From: Octopus vulgaris
Lineage: Eukaryota
NCBI GenBank assembly: GCA_951406725.2
Contig: OX597819.1
Span: forward strand, 93,268,001 to 93,330,000
Direction of reading: 5' to 3'
Length of the DNA stretch: 62,000 nt
Under the pieces are notes generated by a model, which saw nothing but the letters and a program-made list of their open reading frames with translations, was not told the origin of the DNA and did not search any database. A program made the position numbers and the translations under genes. Positions 54,061 to 62,000 of the stretch are shown piece after piece; positions within the stretch are counted from its first letter, which is position 1, and each line of letters opens with the position of its first letter.

Positions 54061-54361
54061 AGCAGCAGGATATCAAATAGTAATACTGTAGACCGATTCA
54101 AGCAGCTACATTTAATTGAACACTGCATTCATTACATCATTATAAATATAGCGCCATCTTCAGCTGCCCAAAAGAATATTTGGAGCTTCAACAGGTAGGG
54201 TACATTAATGTAATTGTTAAATTAAATGGAGATGCTTGAAACGGTCGTACTGCATTACTACTGGATAGCCTGTTGCTTATTTTGATTTTATTCACCCTAC
54301 TTCGAGCTGTGCGGGTAACACCGACTGACTTGGTGTTTCAACTTAAGTACCTAATTCAACT
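54061..54361. mobile_element. Second copy of the 38465-38833 fold-back family, centrally shortened
   Basis: Inverted arms GCAGCAGGATATC / GGATAGCCTGTTGC. The extension 54279-54361 matches the reverse complement of 38465-38548. Confidence 0.75.
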
Positions 54362-54378
54362 AATCTTCATTAATTCTC

Positions 54379-54423
<45 letters not shown>

Positions 54424-54949
54424 GTCGTATGTGTATAAGCAGTAAAAATGTTACCGTTACTTTCGCACTGACTATTTTCACGATTTTTGAGACATATTGG
54501 CCGGAAACGCATTGCCACCTTTGTACGGGACACTAGGTTCACTTGTTGGTAGTAAAAACTGAAGAAGCTCTGTAACTATGAGTGCAGAGGTGTATGCGTG
54601 TGATATATGTGTGCGTGTGTGTCGTTCCCTAGTTCAAATTCCAGGAATGTTAAGTTGCATAGATGAATTTATTTGAAATTTTCACCTAAAATGTCTTTGC
54701 ATATTGCTGCATCTTCAAACTTCTTGCACTTCAGGATAAATTTCCTTTCTTTGAGGCTTAGTCCGTCTCTCTTCAATATTTCTAAAAGGTTAAACCAAAA
54801 AAGAAATGAAAACTAAGTGGTCATCTGTAAAAATGTGTAAACATTTTATTGGAACACCCTGTGTGTATATGGACAGATAGATACATACATGCATGCATGC
54901 ATGCATACATACATACATGCATACATACATACATACATACATACATACA

Positions 54950-55085
54950 TAGGGGAGAATTAAAAAAAAAACAAAGACGAAGAGAGGCGGTGTAGACAAC
55001 AAACAGATCTATTGGTATAATGCTCGGGAATTGAAAAAGTCTTTAACGTTTCGAGCCTTCGCTCTTCCACAGAAAGGAACACAGA
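54950..55085 (-). mobile_element. Solo copy of the 135-bp hammerhead repeat (same family as 15619 and 16024)
   Basis: Minus strand: CCTTT-CTGTGGA-A-GAGC-GAAG-GCTC-GAA-ACGT-T-AAAGAC (core 55045-55072), then the same tail as the 15619 unit. Confidence 0.75.
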
Positions 55086-55489
55086 AAGAAACAAGGGGAG
55101 AGAATAAAGAGAGAAAATAAAGATACATACATACATACATACATACATACATACATACATACACACATACATACATGCTGCATGCATAGATATATACTGC
55201 ATAAATACGTATATGGATATGTCTCTGTTTATGTGAATGAAAACTGTATAGATGTTAATATATGGGTGGAAAGAATGGTCGTATTATATGCATATAATCG
55301 CGTGTGTGTGTGTTAGAGGGAGAGAGAGTGTGTGTGTGTGTGAGAAGATAATATAAAAGAGAGAGTGAGAAAGAGAGAGAGGTCAATGCTACTTTTTTCA
55401 CACAAATGTCGATAAAAAGAAAAATCTACTAAAGGTGATAAAACGTGGTCACAATTGAGTGACTGAAATATGCGAAGGAATAAATGCGT

Positions 55490-55627
55490 GTGTGTGTACA
55501 TGTATGTATATGTGTGTGTGTGTATGTATGTATATGTGTAAATATATACATATGTATATGTATGTATATATATGCAAATATACATATATATATACATATA
55601 TATATACATAGATATATATATAGACAT

Positions 55628-55666
<39 letters not shown>

Positions 55667-55685
55667 TAGATATATATATATACAC

Positions 55686-55721
<36 letters not shown>

Positions 55722-55736
55722 GTGCATCTGTATATG

Positions 55737-55787
<51 letters not shown>

Positions 55788-56055
55788 GTGCATCTGTATA
55801 TGTATGTATATGTGTATACGTATATATATATGTGCGCGCGCGAGTGTGTGCATGTGTGTGTGTGTATATATATATGTATACATGTATGTATGCATGCATA
55901 CGTATGTATGTATGTATGCATGCGTATGTATGTATGCATGCATACGTATTTATGTATGTATGCATGCATACGTATTTATGTATGTATGCATGTATGTATG
56001 TATGTATGTATGTATGTATGTATGTATGTATGTATGTATGTATGTATGTATGTGC
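55490..56055. repeat. (TA)n/(TATG)n compound microsatellite
   Basis: Directly visible. Confidence 0.95.
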
Positions 56056-56804
56056 AAGTATATGGTGCACTGGACTGATCAATGTATAAGTTGATAATAT
56101 GGGTGGATTCACAGATGGATGGAAAAATGAATGGAGGAATTTGCACAAATTCTTCTACAGAAGGATAGCCGAAAAAAAAATGGTAGCTTCCTATATTATA
56201 TTTAACCTTCTGTCAGCCAATATTTTCGCACTGCGTAGCGGCAAAGATTACTAATAATATAACCTAAATCCATCAGCTTAAAGTTTGGGGTTTCCTCAGA
56301 CTACAACGGCTATAAATAGCACAGCATCTGGATCTGCTAAGAAGAGGCTGTTGATGATAACTGAGTTTTTATACTTTTTCCTCTGTTGTTTTATATGTAT
56401 TTATTTTAAGGTGGGTGGGTTTCTCTTGATAATGTATGCGTTACTTGGTGCCCGTCTGTAACTGTGTATGAATATATGTATGTAGGTTTGCGTGTAGCGC
56501 CGACACGTCCTACTTCTCTCTTTTCCTTTCCCTCTCTCTCGACCTACTCTTTCTCACTCTATCTCCATTCATTGCTGTGTATGTTTCTCTATATCTGCCC
56601 ATACATATACACTTACACACACAACATATATATGCACGTATATATTCATCCATACATATTACACATGCACATACGCACGAGTCTACGTTTTTTTTGTTTT
56701 GTTTTTTTTTTAAGGCAAGTTCTCTCAACAAACAAGGGGATTTTCTCTTTCGGCAAAGAATTAACTTTTGAAGTAACAGACCTGCCCTTAGTACAAATAC
56801 ATAG

Positions 56805-57012
56805 GTTTCAAATTTTGGCACAAGGCCTGTAATTTCGCACGAGGGGTAAGTCGATTCCATCCATCCCAGTTTTCCACACGCACTTATTTTATCGACCTCC
56901 GAAAAGATAAAATTAAAGCAGACTGCTGTGGTATTTGAACTCCGAACGTAAAGACGGACGAAATACAACAAAGTAGTTTTGCCGGAGTCCTTACGATTCT
57001 GCCAGTTCACAA
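56805..57012 (-). mobile_element. SINE family B, tail type 2
   Basis: TTTTATCGACCTCCGAAAAGATAAAA...GATTCTGCCAGTTCAC. Confidence 0.75.
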
Positions 57013-57294
57013 CCTCGGAAATGCAGCTATGTTATCATATATATATATATATATTCTCATTAACCATACACATATAACAGGTATTTAGCACTGATTACGA
57101 ACCAATATACTAAAAAAAAAAAGATATGTAATAGGGTCCGTAATTTACATTTGAATAGGTTTGGTCATCAATTGAAATAAGGTTTTGCACAAATGGATGT
57201 ACAAATGGTCTAAGATAGCTTTTAAAAAAATGAAGAAAACTTGGGAGTATGAGTATTCCTGAAATCGATGAGGCATCATACATACATACATACA

Positions 57295-57337
<43 letters not shown>

Positions 57338-57611
57338 GTATATATATATATACGTATATATATATGTGTCTTCAATACAACCATCTGGCTTTAACTTGGT
57401 TTAAAATTCCTTGGTTTGTTTGGGCAAGACAGTTTTTTCACCCCTTGCTGCTTGGTAGGTGTGCAAATGCACATATTTGTGTAGGTGTGTTGATATTATT
57501 GAAAAATGTAGTTCACCATGAAAATATGAGATCCATGAAATTCCTGAACTGTGAAGGCCAAAGTAAATGACTTGCTGTCAGAGACACTTGTGTTGGGTGA
57601 CTTGTTCTGCT

Positions 57612-57995
57612 TCAGATAGGAATGGTCCAACCAATCTGTTTTAATGTGTTGTTAGAATATCTACTGTAGTTAACATCTTGGATGTTGGGGCAGCCACTGA
57701 AGTTAACAATTGTTAGCTTGGGGCAGAATTTTAGTACAAGTTCTACTGATTTGTTAGATATCTTTTCAATATTCCGAAGGACCATCTCCTCAAGTGTGTT
57801 ATGACAACAACCTGCAACTAGGGAAGCAATCCCAGCGTCAGTGATTGAATTTCTACTGAAGTCTATACTCCTCAAGTAATGGCAATTTTCTCCCAGAGCT
57901 TGCATTGCTACGTCTGTGACTTTGGAACATTGGCTTAAATTTAAACAATGAATATTCCGGCAGGATCTAGACAAAGCTACCACAGTAGCATCATC
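57612..57995 (-). pseudogene. AMN1: 5'-truncated intronless copy of an AMN1-like leucine-rich-repeat gene (C-terminal ~127 aa, stop and 3' UTR)
   Basis: DDATVVALSRSC..LNLSQCSKVTDVAMQALGENCHYLRSIDFS..ITDAGIASLVAGCC..LEE..VELVLKFCPKL..FSGCP..LKQIGWTI parallels the C-terminus of human AMN1 as I recall it (..ALGKNCPFLQCVDFS..KLKQVTWTVY). The frame is open with no start codon or splice acceptor at its 5' edge, where PLE2 sequence abuts. Confidence 0.75.
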
Positions 57996-58003
57996 GCACG
58001 GCG

Positions 58004-59179
58004 ATGGGAACGAGGTTTGCTCCCGTTTACGCCAACTCTGTAATGGGATACTTAGAAGAACAACTCTACCAAGAGGTGGAGGTAAACTATGGCACTGGAT
58101 TTAGAAAGTATATTGAAAAGGCATGGAAGAGATACCTAGACGACTGTTTCATAATCTGGACAGAATCTCTAAATACTCTGGAAGAGTTCAATATCCTCCT
58201 GAACAACCTACACCCATCTCTCAAATTTACAAAGGAGATGAGTAGTACCAAATTACCATTCCTGGATATAATGGTAATTAAAAAAGACACCACCATCACC
58301 ACAGATATATACTATAAACACACAGACACACATCAATACCTAAATTTTAAGTCGTGCCATCCACCACATACAAAACGTAACATCCCATACTGCCTAGCCA
58401 GAAGAATTTGTACTATTGTAGAAGATGCAAATATCAGGAACAAACGCCTAATAGAACTAAGAGAATTTTTGCTCAAACAAAAATACCCATCTCTACTTAT
58501 AGAAAATGGCATACAGCGGGCTATAAAAATACCTATACAACAACTTAGGACAACCCAAGGAAGAGGAAAACAAGAACAAGTCATACCATTCATAGTGACA
58601 CACAACCCATGTCACCAGAATATCTTCAACATTGCCAAAGCAAACCTACCAATCATTGCCCAAAGTAATGAATTAAAAGACATAATCAAGGATCGAGCTA
58701 TGGTGCTTAGTAAAAGACAGCCTAAAAACTTGAAAACATTACTAACAAAGGCTAAATTTGACCTCAGCAACAAAGACCAAACATTCACGGTATCTAAATG
58801 CAATGATAGCCGATGTGGCACATGCCAATTCATACATACCGGTCAATATATAAACACAAAAACCGGGAAAATATTCACAAACGCGAATATGAACTGCAAA
58901 AGCAGAAATTTAATTTACTGCATCAAATGCCCAAATTGTGAAGAAATATATGTAGGTCAGACGGGAAACGCACTATTAGAACGCTCACGTGTACACCGGC
59001 AACAGATTAGAGACCCAGAGGTCCGTCAGATACCTTTGAGTAACCACCTAGCAACATGTGGTCGGAAAATATATATAATATTTCCATTCTACAAATTACA
59101 CAGCCCAAGTGAAATCGAGAGGAAAATCAGAGAAAAGAATTTTATTGATAAATTCGAACCCAAGCTAAATAAGCAATAA
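58004..59179 (+). CDS. PLE2 truncated polyprotein: RT C-half, thumb, Cys linker, GIY-YIG endonuclease
   Basis: 391-aa open frame with MGTRFAP, RYLDDCF, LPFLD, DIYYKHT, CNDSRCGTC and LIYCIKCPNCEEIYVGQT. Collinear with PLE1 but clearly a different family. Confidence 0.92.
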   Translation: MGTRFAPVYANSVMGYLEEQLYQEVEVNYGTGFRKYIEKAWKRYLDDCFIIWTESLNTLEEFNILLNNLHPSLKFTKEMSSTKLPFLDIMVIKKDTTITTDIYYKHTDTHQYLNFKSCHPPHTKRNIPYCLARRICTIVEDANIRNKRLIELREFLLKQKYPSLLIENGIQRAIKIPIQQLRTTQGRGKQEQVIPFIVTHNPCHQNIFNIAKANLPIIAQSNELKDIIKDRAMVLSKRQPKNLKTLLTKAKFDLSNKDQTFTVSKCNDSRCGTCQFIHTGQYINTKTGKIFTNANMNCKSRNLIYCIKCPNCEEIYVGQTGNALLERSRVHRQQIRDPEVRQIPLSNHLATCGRKIYIIFPFYKLHSPSEIERKIREKNFIDKFEPKLNKQ

Positions 59180-59664
59180 TAATAATACTTAGAGGTATTA
59201 CTTCCACTGCTACGACCATGATCACTAACAACAACAACAATACTAAAGGTGATCAAGACGAAGATAGCAGGAAAATTATCTTATTTAGGGTTAAAAGTTC
59301 TATTGCCACCACCATCACCACTAGCAACAATAATTAAGGTGCTGACAATGATGATGATGACAATTGAAATATAAAAATATAAAAATCTCTGACAAAGGAT
59401 ATTTACAACATTTCTAAAAATAACCCAACAATTGCTGCTTCGGCCAGGGTCAAGATACAGGACTCTTGACCTGTCCAACAAAGCGTGATGCCTAAACCAA
59501 TCAGCTCAACCAACCAATCAGCTTAAGTAATTGAGTGATACTACACACTGATTGGTCAGAATACAGTTTGCAAAACCTAGCACATCTGGAGCCTACCCAG
59601 CTGTATTTATATATCACTCATCTTGCTACAGTCAAAAATAAGCATGACTGTCAACACTACTACA

Positions 59665-59710
59665 TGAACCCGAAGATTGCAGAATTCAATGCATGAAAGT
59701 ACTAGTGTCA
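59665..59710 (+). ncRNA. Degenerate hammerhead in the PLE2 3' region
   Basis: TGAAC-CCGAAGA-T-TGCA-GAATTCAA-TGCA-T-GAA-AGTACT-A-GTGTCA. Stem III is palindromic, U4 is changed to C, and stem I has a bulge. Confidence 0.55.
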
Positions 59711-59872
59711 ATCAGAATGAATATTTAACATTCTACTATTTCATTTTATTTTATTCAATTATAATATATTATCTTATAATATATCATTATAAGATTGTAA
59801 ATAAAACGTGAAAATCAGACAAGGTTGGAATTCTTTTTATTAATATATTCTTCTATACACAATCACACACAC

Positions 59873-59944
<72 letters not shown>

Positions 59945-59948
59945 TTAT

Positions 59949-60013
<65 letters not shown>

Positions 60014-60382
60014 TGGGATAAAACTTACTTGGAAAAGGATGCGTGGCGTTCGATCATATAATATAAATAATATATAAATATATGCATACATATATGTACA
60101 TACCTACATTTATATGTGTATATACATGCATATATGGGTACAGGACATGAAAAAAAACGTGGACACAATGAGAAACGAAAACAATAAACAAAAACATAGA
60201 AAACGAACTTTTTTTCGAACAACGAAAAAAACAGAGAAACGAGGCATGCAACATAGAGAATATTCCCCTTCATCAGTTGTCCCTGGTTCATCTACTCCGC
60301 GTTGCAAAGGTAAGGACAATACGCGACTTCATTGAAATGCTCCTTCCTGCAAAGCAAATTAAATAAAATTTGAGATTTTTTG

Positions 60383-60433
<51 letters not shown>

Positions 60434-61102
60434 GATGAGCAATATGACAAATAACTCGTAATAAGTTTACCATCATTCTCGTATTGACTATTGCATTTGA
60501 CAATATTGACGATTATTCAGATACACGGGCCTGAGCGTATAGCCTCTTTTACCCTGGGGTATGAATAGACCTTGATTACCTCGGAATGAAACTTGAAAAC
60601 TTATAAAAATTTGCCAGGATTAAAAGATGCGTAACTTCTCGTAGATTGATATTAGCCGTGGTTGTCAGCTCTTGCCTAGCCCAGAAATGGGTACGACGAC
60701 ATTGTCAGAACTTTTGGAGTTCAGGATGAATTCGGACTGTACAATTTTTTTTTTTTAGATTGATTCTCCTTTCTGTCAAGCAAATCTGGCAACGCCTACT
60801 TCTATATAACTGATATACATAGCATTGCGCTTACCCGGGAACCTAAAAGAGCATCTGTGATTATCCAGCCTGTCGGTCAGTCTTAGTGCGTGCCTACACC
60901 TCTGCTTTGTAAACCAGAGCTTCACAATTTGTACTGCATTGACCATTCACTGGCCACTCACTGTAAATCCTGGATAGTTGTAAAAAAAAATAAAGATAAA
61001 ACGCGACAATGACAAATGTAACGATGATTATCATCGTTATCAAAATCATTACCACCGTCATCAATAGTAATGACAAGACGCGGACGGTAACGATTTGTGT
61101 GA

Positions 61103-61168
<66 letters not shown>

Positions 61169-61350
61169 TGTGTGTGTGTTGTGTTGTGTGTGTGTGTGGT
61201 CAGTTTACTTTTCTTGACCCTAATAAGTTTCTTGCGTTTTTTTTTTATTTTATTTTTAATCGGTTTTGTTTCAAAGCAAACTCTAAATCCTTTGAAGAAT
61301 TTCAAACTTTGTAAGATCTGAAGAATTATGACAAAAAGGTATGAGTGGGT

Positions 61351-61381
<31 letters not shown>

Positions 61382-61587
61382 AGTGTGTGTGTATTTGTCT
61401 TTGTGTGTACGTGTGTGTGTTTGTTTTTGTGCGTGTACGTCTGTTTGCGCTCATGCGTATGTGTATGTGTATGTAAGTATATATATTTTTCGTTTTCTGT
61501 AAATCTGAACTATACAGAAAACAAAAGACGAAAACAGGTTAGGGAACAACAAGCAGGTGTAATTTGACTCTCGGTGAAAATGGAATA

Positions 61588-61626
61588 GTCTTTGATGTTT
61601 CGACCCTATCGTCCTCGACAGAAAGG
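61588..61626 (-). ncRNA. Minimal hammerhead, U6 variant, related subfamily
   Basis: Minus strand: CCTTT-CTGTCGA-G-GAC-GATAGG-GTC-GAA-ACAT-C-AAAGAC. ACAT is probably ACGT after CpG decay. Confidence 0.6.
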
Positions 61627-61883
61627 TTTGAGAGGAAAACAATGGAGAGAGAACGAAAAAACAAAGACGAGGAGAGATAAAATATGTAGGGATTAACGGT
61701 CCAGCAGGATGAAATAACCAGATGCAGTCATCGTATTTCATGTTGTTTACGGTTTGTGACGTCCCGTACCCATATATGCATATGTACATGTGTATGTACA
61801 TATATATATATATATATATATTATTTATACTATTATTTAGTGAACGCCACGCATCCATTTCCAAGTAAGTTTAAACATATATT

Positions 61884-61919
<36 letters not shown>

Positions 61920-62000
61920 GAGAGACAGAGAATAGATAGATAGATACATACATATATACATACATGTAATTATGTATCTATACGTATGTGTGGGTGTTTG

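Larger units (their letters stand above)
57996..59860 (+). mobile_element. Penelope-like element 2 (Neptune-type), 5'-truncated
   Basis: Starts GC-ACG-GCG-ATG (end of GTAM). ORF at 58004-59179, ~650-nt 3' region with a hammerhead-like motif. The 3' border is approximate. Confidence 0.92.

Noticed and set aside
60230-60340. CTGATGA on the minus strand (also near 35830 and 49500)
   Set aside because: No correctly spaced GAAA and stem III follow.
59860-62000. Upstream AMN1 exons on the far side of PLE2
   Set aside because: I searched the minus strand by eye and found only microsatellites and repeat fragments, with no LRR-coding sequence.

Overview
AT-rich, microsatellite-saturated eukaryotic DNA. 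Its repeat content looks like an Octopus genome; this is inferred from the SINE families and repeat density, not from a database search. No intact host gene was found. The window contains three tRNA-headed SINE families, two degenerate Tc1 copies, a mariner remnant, a Helitron remnant, LINE remnants (L1/Tx1-like, RTE-like, and five R4/Dong-type 3' ends in or near (TAA)n) and several fold-back palindromes. The main signal is Penelope-like element (PLE) biology. (i) Two divergent Neptune-type PLEs (5651-6850 and 58004-59179) keep open RT-C-half/thumb/GIY-YIG ORFs, and both are 5'-truncated within 8 nt of the same RT codon (the MG of GTAMG). (ii) One has an inverted copy of its own 3' end (pseudo-LTR) at that junction; the other has an inverted, intronless host AMN1 mRNA fragment there, suggesting PLE-driven retroposition of a cellular mRNA. 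(iii) About a dozen minimal type I hammerhead ribozyme motifs occur, with recurrent non-canonical cores (U3-A8 and U6 variants), including a pair 405 nt apart in direct repeats that resembles a retrozyme or mini-PLE. Nearly all other ORFs in the supplied track are microsatellite or SINE read-through artefacts. Boundaries of degenerate elements are approximate.
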